A program made the position numbers and the translations under genes. The notes under the pieces were generated by a model that was given only the letters and a program-made list of their open reading frames with translations, made no database searches and was not told the DNA's origin. Positions 15,800 to 29,231 of a DNA stretch of 64,000 nucleotides are shown piece after piece (the stretch's first letter is position 1; every line of letters begins with the position of its first letter). The DNA is from the human T2T-CHM13v2.0 reference genome, Homo sapiens, in the NCBI RefSeq assembly GCF_009914755.1, contig NC_060932.1; one strand, 5' to 3'.

Positions 15800-16320
15800 T
15801 TTGCTAACTCTTACCGAGTAAATTCATCTTTATTAAATCTGGTATATTAGTTGCTGTTGAATTATTTCTCAACCTCATACAAATTATATTAATTAACCCA
15901 AAACCTTTTAGCACGCACACCAAAACAATCAACAAAACCTGATTTGGGCCCTGATTTGTAGCACTTGCTGAATTCCTTCCTTTAAACACTCCCACAATGG
16001 CAGATTTAAAGTGACAAATGCAACATTATTAAATGCAGAGTTGGAAAAATGTGAATGGTAGCAGATCATTATACAGTATTTCCACCAAAAATTAATAATA
16101 GACATTAATATTTTCAAGAGCATAGGTAAAATTAAAATGTAGGAAAATAAGAAATGATGTTTTCAATATTTGTTACCTTTTAAAAATTTAATTTATTTCA
16201 TTGTAAGTTAATGAAATTCAATTTTTATTAATGGCTTTGTTAGCAACCTGTTCACAAAATTTCTGAAAATTTAACAATTGGCCCTTGCAAGCCAGAACAG
16301 GGTTGGTCCAGCACACTAGG
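15800..16320. mobile_element. hAT relic (MER63-like)
   Basis: Terminal aattggcccttgcaagccag..ccagcacac resembles the MER63 end. Confidence 0.5.
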
Positions 16321-16472
16321 ACATGTAATAATTCTAAATTAAAAATCACGCAAACATAGTTTCAAAATATTTTAAAGCGAAATTTTACTATGAGGAGAGA
16401 CAGACAAATTCACAATCACTTTAAGAGTTGTTAACACATCTTTGGCAGGAAACAATAGAAAAAGCAAATGAA

Positions 16473-16651
16473 GGCCAGGCACAGTGGCTCACAGCTGTAA
16501 TCCCAGCACTTTGGGAGGCCAAGATGGATGGATAGCTTGAGGTCAGCATTTTGAGACCAGCCTGACCAACATGGTGAAACCCCGTCTCTACTAAAAATAC
16601 AAAAATTAGCCGGGTGTGGTGGCAGACGCCTGTAATCCCAGCTATTTGGGA
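16473..16651 (+). mobile_element. Alu, 3'-truncated early in the right arm
   Basis: Left arm and linker intact; stops at cccagctatttggga with no tail. Confidence 0.9.
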
Positions 16652-17789
<1,138 letters not shown>

Positions 17790-17790
<1 letters not shown>

Positions 17791-20272
17791 GTATATGTTC
17801 TAATTGATCCCTATCCAGCCATTCCCCTGTCTTTCCCTCTCCACAGGCTTTTCTGTTCCTTGAAACACAACAATATTGACATTAGACCAATTAATAACCA
17901 TACATGGCCTCTAAGCGTTCACCAGAAAGAAAGTTTCATGTTTTTCATTTTAAGTCAAAAGCTAGAAATGATCAAGATTCCTGCGACAGGCATGTCAAAA
18001 GCTGAAATAGGTTGAAAGCCAGGACTTTGTGCTAAACAGTTAGCCAAGTTAGGAATACAAAGGAAAGTTCTTGAAAGAAAGTAAAAGCACTAGCCCAGTG
18101 AACACACAAATGATAAGAAAGCAAAACAGGCTTATTGCTGATATGGAAAAAGTTTTAGTGGTTTGGATGGAAGATCCAACCGGCCACAACATTCCCTCAA
18201 GCCAAAGCCTAATCCAGAGCAAGGACCTAACTCTCTTTAATTTTATGATGGCTGAGAGAAGTGAGTAAGCTGCAGGAGAAAATTTTAAGCTAGCAGATGT
18301 TTGTTTATAAGATTTAAGGAAAGAAGATTTTTCCATAGCATGAGTGCAAGGTGAAGCAGCAAGTGCTGATACAGAAGCTGCAGCAAGTTATCCAAAAGAT
18401 CTAGCTAAGATCATTGATGCTGGTATCTACACTAAACAATGGATTTTCAGTGTAGATGAAACAGCCTTTTATTGAAAAAAGATGCTAATATAGTTTGGCT
18501 ATTTGTCCCTATCCAAATCTCTGTTAAATTGCAATCCCCACTGCTGGAGGTGGGGTCTGGTGGGAAGTGTTTGGATTTTGGGGGTGGATCCCTCATGGCT
18601 TGGTGCTATCTTCACGATAGTGATTAAGTTCTCATGAGATCTGATTGGTTAAAAGGGTGTGGCGTGTCTCCCTTCTCCCCCAACCAACTCCCTCTTGCTT
18701 TGGCTCCTGTTCTTGCCATGTGATGTGCCTGACCTCCTTTGCCTTCTGCCATGAATGGAAGCTTCCTGAGGCCTCCCCAGAAGAAGATGCCACTATGTTT
18801 CCTGTACAGCCTGCAGAACCATGAATCGATTAAATGTCTTTTCTTGTAAAGTACTCAATCTCAGATACTACTTTATGGCAGTGGAAGAATGGCCTAATAC
18901 CGATGCTTTCTAGGACTTTCATAGCTAGAGAGAATTTAATGCCTGGCTTCAAAGCTTTAGGCTGACTCTCTTGTTATGGGCTAATACAACTGGTGACTTT
19001 AAGTTAAAGCCAATGATCATTTATCATTCCAAAAATCCCATGACCCTTAAGAATTGCGCTAAATCTGCTCTGCCTGTGCTCTATGTTGGAACAACAAAGC
19101 CTGGATGACAGCATATCTGTTTACAGCATGGCTTAATGAATATGTTCAGCTCATTGTTGAGACCCAATACTCAGGAAAAAAAGATTCCTTTGAAAACATT
19201 ACTGCTCATTGACAATGCGACTAGTCACCCAAGAGCTCTGATGGAGATGTATAAGCAGATTAATGTTTTCATACCTGCTTAACACAATATCCATTCTGCA
19301 GCCCATGGTCAGACAAATGATCAAGGAGTCATTTTGACTTTCAAGCCTTATTATGTAAAGACTCTAGCTGCCATAGATAGTGTCTTCTGATGGGTGTGGG
19401 CAAAATTATCTAAAAATCTTCAGAAAGGATACACCATTTAAAATACCATTAAGAACATTTGCAATTCATAGATGGAGATCAAAATATCAACATTAACAAG
19501 AGTTTGGGAGAAGTTGATTCAAACTTTCATGGATGACTTTGAAGGGTTCAGGATTTCAGTGGAGGAGGTAGATGCAGATGTGATACAAATAGTAAGAGAA
19601 CTAGAATTAGAGTCTGAAGATGTGACTGAATTGCTGCAATCTCCTAATAAAACTTGAATTGATGAGGAGTTGCTTCTTATGGATGAGCGAAGAAAGTGAT
19701 TTCTTGAGATGGAATATATTCCTGGTGAAGGTACTGTGAACATTTTCAAAATGACAATATAGGATTTGGAATATTACATAAACAAAGTTGATAAAGCAGT
19801 GACAACATTTGAAGGGATTGACTTCAGTGTTGACAGAAGTTTTACTGTGAGTTAAATGCTATCAAACAGCATTGCATGCTACAGAGAAATCTTTCAGGAA
19901 AGAAAGAGTCAATTGATGTGGCCAATTTCATTGTTGTCCTATTTTAAGATATTGCCACAGCCACTTCAATTGTTAATAGCCATGACCCTGATTAGTCAGC
20001 GCCATCAACATTGAGGCAAGATCCTCCAGCAGCAAAAAGATTACCAGTAAACTGAAGGCTCAGATGATTGTTATCACTTTTTATCAATAAAATATTTTTT
20101 AATTAAAGTATGTATATTTTTTAGGCATAGCGCTATTATACACTACAATATAGTGTGAACACAACTTATATGCACTGGGAAACCCCAAAACTTATGTGGC
20201 TTGCTTTATTACTGTATTTGTTTTACTGAGGTTCTCTAGAACTGAATCCACAATACCTCTGAGGTACATCTA
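17790..20272 (+). mobile_element. Tigger1 DNA transposon (5' end missing), decayed transposase
   Basis: ORF 18071-18268 (..[33 protein letters not shown]) and 19472-19657 are Tigger1 transposase; 3' TIR-like aatacctctgaggtacatcta. Confidence 0.92.
18486..18901 (+). mobile_element. MST (MSTB-like) solo LTR inserted in Tigger1
   Basis: 5-bp TSD gatgc at 18481-18485 and 18902-18906; MaLR LTR motifs. Confidence 0.9.
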
Positions 20273-20279
20273 TATATAG

Positions 20280-22260
20280 AAAACTCCACCAAAAAAACAA
20301 AACAAAACAAAAAAAAAACAACTGTTAGATTTAGTACATAAATTCAGTAAAGTTGTAGGATACAAAATGTACATACTAAAGTCAGTGGTGTTCCTATACA
20401 TTAATAGTGAATTATCTCAAAAAGAAATCAAGAGAACAATCCCATTATGATAGATAAAAATAAAATACTTAAGAATAAATTTAACCAGGGAGTTAAATGA
20501 TGTCTACACTGAAAACTAAAAAATATTGATGATAGAAATTGAAGACACAAATAAATGGAAAGCTATCCCCTGTTCATGGATTGGAAAAATTAATATTGTT
20601 AAAATATCTATAATACCCGAAGCAATCTACAGGTTAATTGCAATTCTTATCACAATACTAATGACACTCTTCACAGAAATAGAAAAATAATTCCTAAAGT
20701 TCAAATGAAATCAGAAAAGACCCCCAATAGCCAAAGCAATCTTGTGCAAAAAGAACAAAGCTATAGGCATCACACTACCTGACCTTGAAATATACTACAC
20801 AGTTATAGTAACCAAAACAGCATGGTACTGGCATAAAACCAGATACTTAGACCAATGGAACAAAATACAGAGCCTAGAAATAATTCCACTCATTTACAGT
20901 CAACTGATTTTCTACAAAGGTCCAAGAATACATAACTGAAGAAAGGATAGTTTCTTCAATAAATGGTGTTGGAAAAACTGGATGTCCACATACAGCAGTA
21001 TGAAGTTAGATCCTTATCTCTCTCCATGTGCAAAAATAAAACCGAAATGGATTAAAGACTTAAATATAAGACTCAAAGTTGTAAAACTACTTGAAGAAAA
21101 CAGGGAAAAAGCTTTATGACATTGTTCTGGTCAGTTATTATTTCGGACATGACTTCAAAAACATAGACAACAAAAGCAAAAATATACAAATGGGATTATA
21201 TCAAGCTGAAAAGCCTCTGCACAGCAAAGGAAACAATCAAAAACGTGAAGAGAGAATCTACAGAATGGGAGAAAATATTTGAAAACTATACATCTGATAA
21301 GGGTTAATATCCAAAATACATAAGGAATTCAAACAACTCAATAGCAAGAAAACAACCCAATTAAAAAATGTGGAAAAGATCTGAATAGGCATTTCTCAAA
21401 AGGAGTCATATAGATGGCCAATAGGTATATTTAAAAAGTGCTCAATATTACTATCTTGAGTATCTTGTCAATCAAAACCACAATGAGCTATCACCTCACT
21501 TCTGTTGGAATGGGTATGATCAAAAGACCACAGATAACAAGTCTTGGCAAGGATATGGAGTAAAGAGCACCCCTACACACTGTTTATAGGCTTGTAAATT
21601 AATACGGCCATTATGGAAGACAATAGGGGAGTTCCTCAAAATATTAAAAATAGAATTACCATGAGACCCAGTGATTCCTCTACTGGGTATGTATCCGAAG
21701 GAAATAAAATCTGTTTGTTGAAGAGACATTAACACTCCTGTGTTTATTCCAGCACTATTTACAATAGCCAAATTATGGAATCAACCTCTGTGTCCATCAG
21801 CAGATGATTGGATAAAGACAGTGTGGTATACATACACAGTGGAATACTATTTAGCCATAAAAAGTAGGAAATTCTGTAATTTGTGGCAGTATGGTTAAAC
21901 TGGGAGGATATTATCTTAAGATAAATAAGCCAGGTACAGAAAGACAAATAACGTATAATCATACTCGTATGTAGAATCTTAAAAAGTTGATCTCATAGAA
22001 TTAGAGATTAGAATGGTTGTTTCAGGGAGGAAGGAATGGGGAGATGTTGGTTGAAGGATGTGTAATTAAGTTAGAGAGGGGGAATAAATTCAAGATAACT
22101 ATTGTATAGCATAGTTACTATAATTATGTTGTATTTTTGACAAATGCAGAGAATGGATAATAATGTTCTCACTACAAAAGAACTATATATATAGTTCACT
22201 TTAAAATATTGTGTTGTATATGATAAATACATGTAATTTTACCTATCAACTAAAAAATTC
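20280..22260 (+). mobile_element. L1MA ORF2 3' part and 3'UTR
   Basis: ORF 20742-20939 [19 protein letters not shown] is L1 ORF2. Confidence 0.9.
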
Positions 22261-22879
22261 CCAAATAATTTTTCACACCCAGCAGAGTTCACTGAAATAC
22301 TCTGGGAAAATGAAACAAACTCTGAAACAGGGTAAATGACAGACATCCATAAGATTGGAGGGAGTGTATGCTTTTAAAATTAAGTCATTATAGGCTCTAT
22401 AAGCAATTTCAGAAAAAAAATAACATTCTCAAAAAAAAAAATTTCAAGGCTTGGCATCTTTGAACTAAGAGAATGTTGTAAAAATAGAACAAAATAAAAC
22501 TGAAGGTGAATAAAGTGAAGAATCATTACAGATAAACTACATTCACAATTTAAACTTAAGATAAATGCCAAACTTAGAGAATATCAGAATTCTTATGGCT
22601 CAAACTAGTTATTGACATGGAAGATAAATATGAGAAATTACAGCCAAATGTAAGGATTATAGCAGAGAGAAAAACAGAAAAAAATAGATAGCACTGAACA
22701 CACAGATAGTAAGTTTTTAAAATCAATATAAAAAATCAGTGGCTTCCAGCATTCTGTTTAGCTTTTTCATATTATTCCTAAAATTACGTAGAGTAACAAT
22801 GTGCAGATCAAACCTTGCCAAAATAGGATGAGATAAAATGTTGGCATTAGAAGCAGACAGGTTCATTTAAAGCTTAAAG

Positions 22880-23175
22880 TTATTTGTTCATTCACTAATT
22901 CAGGAAATAGTTTACTCCACACTATCTAGTGGGAGATAGTAAACAGAATAAACATATAAGCAAACAAACACTAAACAAGATAGTTTCAGACAGTGATAAG
23001 TGATTTAAAAATAAAATAAAATAGGACGATAGAATAAAAAGTGAGGGAAGAGGGTATTTTAGCCAGAGTAAACAGGAAATGTCTTTCTGAGGGGTGACAT
23101 TTGAGCTAAAACCTTAATGACAAAGAAAATAATTGGCATAGAGGCTTCAGGGAATAAATGAAGTGGTAGAGAGAT
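22880..23175 (-). mobile_element. L2 fragment
   Basis: ttcattcact..., tctgaggggtgacatttgagctaaaacctt. Confidence 0.6.
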
Positions 23176-23510
23176 CCTTATTTTGGACATGACTTCAAAA
23201 CATAGACAACAAAAGCAAAAATATACAAATGGGATTACATCAACCTGAAAGGAAGATGTATACATAAAGGAAGAAAAGTGGCCTGTTTTGCTCTAATTTA
23301 ATGACTAATAGAGAAATAGTGTACTGGTCCTAGTCAATGTGACTCTTCAGAATTATTCAGCCATGATTTTTTTTTTCTCAGTGTTACTGATGGAGAAACA
23401 AAAGTACGTAGCTAACAGTTATTTTCAAAGTATGGATTCTATCAAAATTGTCAACTGAAATCATAATTAGGTAAGATGATTTAGAACCACATTCTAAAAT
23501 GTTGTTGACT

Positions 23511-23781
23511 GCATGTTCTCACTTATAAGTGGGAGTACACATGGACACAAAGAAGGAAACAGCAGACACCAGGGCTTAGATGAGAGTGGAGGGTGTGAGG
23601 AGAATGAGGATCGAAAAACTGCTTATCGGGTAAGCAGATAAGCTTACCTGGGTGACAAAATTATCTGTGCAGCAAATCCCTGTGACACATAATTTACCCA
23701 TGTAGCAAACCTGCATATGTGTCCCTTGAATGTAAAAAAAAGTTGGAAAGAAAAAAAAAAGGAGATATTAAGCTAAAAAAA
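23511..23781 (+). mobile_element. Short 5'-truncated L1PA (older L1PA) 3' end
   Basis: gcatgttctcacttataagtgggag; 15-bp TSD aaaatgt(t/g)gttgact at 23496-23510 and 23782-23796. Confidence 0.85.
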
Positions 23782-24096
23782 AAAATGTGGTTGACTAATC
23801 AAACAATTTTTAAATTGGTTCCTGTTTTAAAGGTGATAAAAATGATTTCATTTGCATGTGAATATCAGCTTCTGAATTTACCAGCAGATTTGCTATAGTG
23901 TAGTGGTGGATGGTTTACCAGACAGAGTTTATGTGACTATTGAAATGGGCTCCATCATGGTTTGATGCTCAATTCTAATGCCAGATTGTTTTGAGAAGAA
24001 ATGTTTCATGTGCTCTTTCCAGAGACAAATCTCCTGATAGAGCAATTACACAGGATATTTGGTAAAGCTCTGGCCAGTTTGATAATTCACTACGTA

Positions 24097-27000
24097 AGTC
24101 CAGATAGCCTGACTGGTGAATTCTAACAAATATTTAAAGAAGGGATAATACAAAAATACTCCACAATCTTTTGCATAAAATAGAAGAGGAAGGAACCCTT
24201 CTAAATTTATTTTATGAGAACAGTATTACCTTGATACTAACGCTAGACAAAGACAAGAAAAGAAAACTATAGATCAATATCCCTCACGAATATGGATGCA
24301 AAAAGTCCTTTAAAAATGGCAAACAGAATAAAGAAACATAAAAGGAAGTATCCAACATGACCAAAAAGGATTATCTCAGTAATGCAAAAGTGGTATAGTT
24401 AATGTAACACACCATACTAACATAATAAAGGACAAGAAAATACAAGATCATCTCAAATGATGCAGAAAAGGGATATAACAAAATGTAACACCCATTATAG
24501 ATTATTAACAAATTGTAAATAGAAGGGAACTTCCCCTACCTGATGCAAAGTATTTATGAAAAACCTACAGCTAACATCATACTAACCATGAAATTCTCAC
24601 TGCTCTCCACCCTAAAATCAGAATGAAAGTGAGGATGCAAGCTCTCAGTACTTCTACTAAACATTGTATTGGAGGTCCAAGAGAGTAAAATCAGGTAGGA
24701 ATAAAAATTAAAATGCATCTAACTTGGAAGACAAAAAGTATAACTATCTTTATTTGCAGATTACACCACCCCGTGTATGTAAAATCTTAGGAAATTTACC
24801 AAAATACCTGTTTGAATAAATAAATGAATTCAGCAAAGTCACAGGATACCCAATTGCTATGCAAAAATGAATTGCACTTCTATATATTAGCAATGGAAAA
24901 TAGAAAAATAAAATTAAGAATAGAATTTCATTCACAATAGCATAAAAATACATACTTAGGCATATATTAAGAATACAAAATATACATGCAAACAACAAAA
25001 AATTTCTGAGAAAAATACAAAAACCTAAATAAATGCTGAGATCTTCCATGTGAATGGGTTGAAAAATGGTATTGTTAAGACAGCGATTCTCCCTTCTGTC
25101 AGGGATCCCCAGTATTACCCCTTGGTTCAGTAAATCAGTAGGAAGACTCACGTGATTGAGCATAGAATGTACTCATCACTATAATTTATTACAGAAAAAG
25201 GATACAAAGCAAAATTAGCAAAGGAAAAAGGCTCATGGGTCAAGTGTGAAGGAAAGTAGTCACAGGCTTCCAAGAGTCATTTCCTAGTAGAGTCACCCAT
25301 GATGGACTTAATTCCTCCAGCAATGAATTATGACAATATGTGTGAAATCTTGACTGCCGGGAACCCAGACCCTAAGATTTTTATTAGAGGCTGGTCACAT
25401 AGGCATCGTTTGCCTAGTATCTACCCAAATTCCAAATTCTTAGATGGAAATTGGTTGTTCACTATAAATAACAAGGTCTAAACAGTTCAGGCACAGTGAC
25501 TTATTAGTTAGGCAATGGTGTGGGAACGGTAACTGAGGTGTCAGCCAAAGGCCAGCTTTCGAATATACCTTTCTAAGTATAGCAGTCTGAAGTCTGCTAT
25601 GTTAACTCTTCTGTACATCTCTAAATTGATCTATGGATTTAAGACAAGCTTTGGCGAAATTCTAGTAGGCTTCTTTGCAGAAATTGATGACATAATCCTA
25701 AAAATTCTGGAAATGCAAGGCACCCAGAAGTGCTAAAACAATCCTGAAGAACAAATTGATGGAGTCATCATTTCATATTTCAAAAATTACTACAAAGCTA
25801 AAGTAATCTAGCTTAACATTGTACTGGCATAACATTAAATACATGGATAAATGGGATGGAATTGAGAGTCCAGAAATAAACTCTTATATTTATAGTCCAT
25901 TGATTTTTGACAAATGTGTCAAGACAATTTGATAGAGGAATAATAGTCTTTTCAGCAAAGGCTATTGGGACAATTCAATATCCACATACAAAAATGTAAA
26001 TTTGGACCCTTTTATCATGCCATACACAAAATTTAACTCAAAATAGACAATCAACCTAACTGCAGTAGTTAAAACTATACATCTGTTGGAAGAAAACATA
26101 GGAAAAATTATTCATAACCTTGGATTTGGCAGAAACTTCCAAGACACAACATCACAAGTATAATTCATAAAAGAAATAGTTGGTAAACTGGACTTTATCA
26201 AAATTAAAAACCTTCGTGCCTCAGAAAACACTATTAAGACAATAAAAAGACAAGTCACAGAGGGGAAGAAAATATTTACAAACTGTGTTTCTGATATAGT
26301 ACTTGTATACAGAATCTATTAATAATGCTAACAACTCAATAATTGAAGGGAAACAATCCAATTACAAATGTATGAAATATTTGAACAGGTAAAATACCTG
26401 TTAAAAGAAGATAGGCAAATATATACAAAGTTATATACAATGATATACAAAATATATAGAAATATATACAAAATAATTACATAGAATAATAAATACATGA
26501 AAAATAGTAAAGACATTGTTAGTCATTAGCAATGTGTATATTCAAACAAGATACTACCAGACACCCACTAGAATGGCTGTAATCAAATGACAGAAAATAA
26601 CAAATACTGGTGAAAACATAGAGAAACAGGAACTCATAGACTGCTAGTAGGACCAAAAAATGGTGTTGCTACTTTGGGAAACAGTTTGACAGTCTGTTAA
26701 GCAGTTTAACATAAGTTTACCAATTGAACGAAGGATTCTACTCCTAGGTCTACTCAAGATAAATGAAAACACGTATTTACAAAAATTCGCATATGGATGT
26801 CTATAGCAACATTATTCAACGACCAAAATCTGAAAACAACTCAAATATCTATAAACTAATTGACAAAAACTATGATATATCCATACAATGGAATACTAGA
26901 GAGCAATAAACGTTGACAGAATACTCATACATACTACAATCTCAAAAACACTACTGTGCAAGAGAAGCTAAATACAAAACCCCACCCATTTTATCATTTT

Positions 27001-27265
27001 ATTTGTAGAAGAGGTCCCAAAATGCAAATTTATAGAGACAGTAAGTAGATTAGTGGTTACCTGGGGCCAGCCACAGACATGGGGATTAACTATAAATGGA
27101 TACCTGGGATCTTATCCTATGCTAATAGAAATGTCCTAAACTTGGGTTGTGGTGCTGGTTGCACAACTATGTAAATTTTCTTAAAATATCACTAAAGTGT
27201 ACACTTAACATAGGTGAATTTTATGGTATGTACGTTATAAATTAAACCTCAATAAAGTTAAAAAC
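24097..27265 (+). mobile_element. L1M (L1MB/ME-like) ORF2 to 3'UTR, interrupted by an LTR
   Basis: Degenerate ORF2 RT region (ttatttgcagattac = LFAD) and 3' end cctcaataaagtt. Confidence 0.8.
25097..25617 (-). mobile_element. MER21-like LTR
   Basis: tgtcagggatcccc..gctatgttaactcttctgtaca; TG..CA ends. Confidence 0.7.
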
Positions 27266-28489
27266 AGAAAAGGTCACCCTGATGAAGATAAACTCCCACC
27301 TAGTGGACAAGAAACATGTTTCTCCTGAATTTAGTGATTGTGGACTCAAGAGTTGTGTTAGTTGATAATAAGTGAAAAAAATGATTTCAGCATATCTGTA
27401 GGCCATGGGAAATATTTATTAAAATGGTGTCCTTGAAGGTTTTACAGTGAGAATTGTAGAATGATGGAAATGTCATCCAGTATGTCAGTGGAGCAGATGA
27501 TATCTCTAAAAAGAAAAAGTAAATAAGAATGTGTAGGTGTTATTGAAAATAATATCACATTGTGAGAAACAATGTGGCATAACAGAACAAAACTGAAATC
27601 AGAATGTTTGGATTTAAATTTGTGTCTATACTTTTGTCTCTCATAATGTCATATAGTTGTAAGAATATACGCATGTAGCCTTTTCAGATTGGCTTTTTTC
27701 CATTACCAACATATATTTATAGTTCATCTATGTTCTATAGCTATAGTTCATGGCTTGGTAGCTAATTGCTTTTTATAGCTGGATAATATTCAATTATATG
27801 AATGTACCAGAGTTTACTTATGTATTTATCTATTGAAAGACATTTAATTTACTTCCCAATTTTGGCAATTATAAATAAATCTGTAATAAGCCTTTAAAAA
27901 ATAAAAAATTCCATTACCCATCTTGTCGAGTCACATTATAGGCTCACAATTTCCTAACTTTAAAAACAGTGTTTGTTCTAATTATTTAACAGATATATAT
28001 TTGGGGTGCAATGTATTTGAAAATTGTTTTTTTGAAATATGCTAATTCAGTAAGCTATTCTTTTTTATAATACATTTTATTTGAGATTGCTACAGATTTC
28101 TGGACACACACACACACACATGCACACACATGAATAAGCAAAAAATAATAGATTGACCCTGAAAAAAGCATAATTTTCAAAAAATTATAAGGGCTACTCT
28201 CATAATATACAATTAATGTGTCAGAGTTTTATTCAACTCATTAATGAGGGAACTAGAAAGAATAATAGGCTTGTTCAAGAGTAAGTAACAAAACTAGATA
28301 AATAGGATTTGGAAACAAAAGAATGTTAGCATAATATTACTATGTTCAAAACTGGTTAATATCCACAGGAAAAAAACAATAACTTATTTGGTTATCTTTT
28401 CTAAATGACAGGAATTATTTCCTATTCTATCAGACAAAAACCTAAAAGTTAATATGTAACTTCACAAAGTCTATGACAATTAATCAATA

Positions 28490-29190
28490 TTTCTTAGTTT
28501 CATTACTTTTTTCTAGCCTCTATTTCATTTATTTCTGTTCCTATCTTTATTTCCTTTTTTCTACTAACTTTGGATTTTGCTTTTTCTAGTCCCTTGAGGT
28601 GTAATTACATTAGGTTGATTATTTGATATCTTTCTTCTTTTTTGATGTAGATATTTATTGCTATAAACTTCCCCACTGGAATGATTTTTGCTGCATCTGA
28701 TAAGTTTTAGTATATTGTGTGACTATTATTGTTTGTATCAAGATATTTCAAAATATTTTTAAATTTTCATTTTAAGTGCCTCTTTGATCCATTGATTGTT
28801 CAGCAGTATGTTGCTTAATTTTCATATACTTGTAAAATTTCCAAATTCCAAGTCCTGTTATTGACTTCTTGTTATATCAATGTGGTGAGAAAGATACTTG
28901 ATACTATTTTAATTATTTTAAATTTTCTAAGACTTACTTTGCTGCCTGACATATGATCTATCCTGGAGCATATTTCATGTGTTCTTGAGAAAAATATATA
29001 TTCTGTTGCTGTTTGATAGAATGTTTTTTATGTGTATAGTAGGTCCATTTGGTCTAAAGTGTAGTTTGAGTCTGATGTTTTCTTATTAATTTTCTGTCTG
29101 GATTATCTGTCTGTTGTTGAAAGTGGAATATTGAAGTCCATTATGATTATTGTATTACAGTATATCTCTTCTTTAAAATCTATTAATATT
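28490..29190 (-). mobile_element. L1MA ORF2 (endonuclease region) fragment
   Basis: Antisense ORF2 motifs (tatgatctatcctggag, aggtccatttggtctaaagtgtag). Confidence 0.85.
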
Positions 29191-29231
29191 GATATATATC
29201 ATACTTTATATATTATATATATTATACACAC

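Noticed and set aside
18071-19657. Tigger1 transposase ORFs as a possible domesticated gene
   Set aside because: Multiple stops and frameshifts plus an LTR insertion in the coding region.
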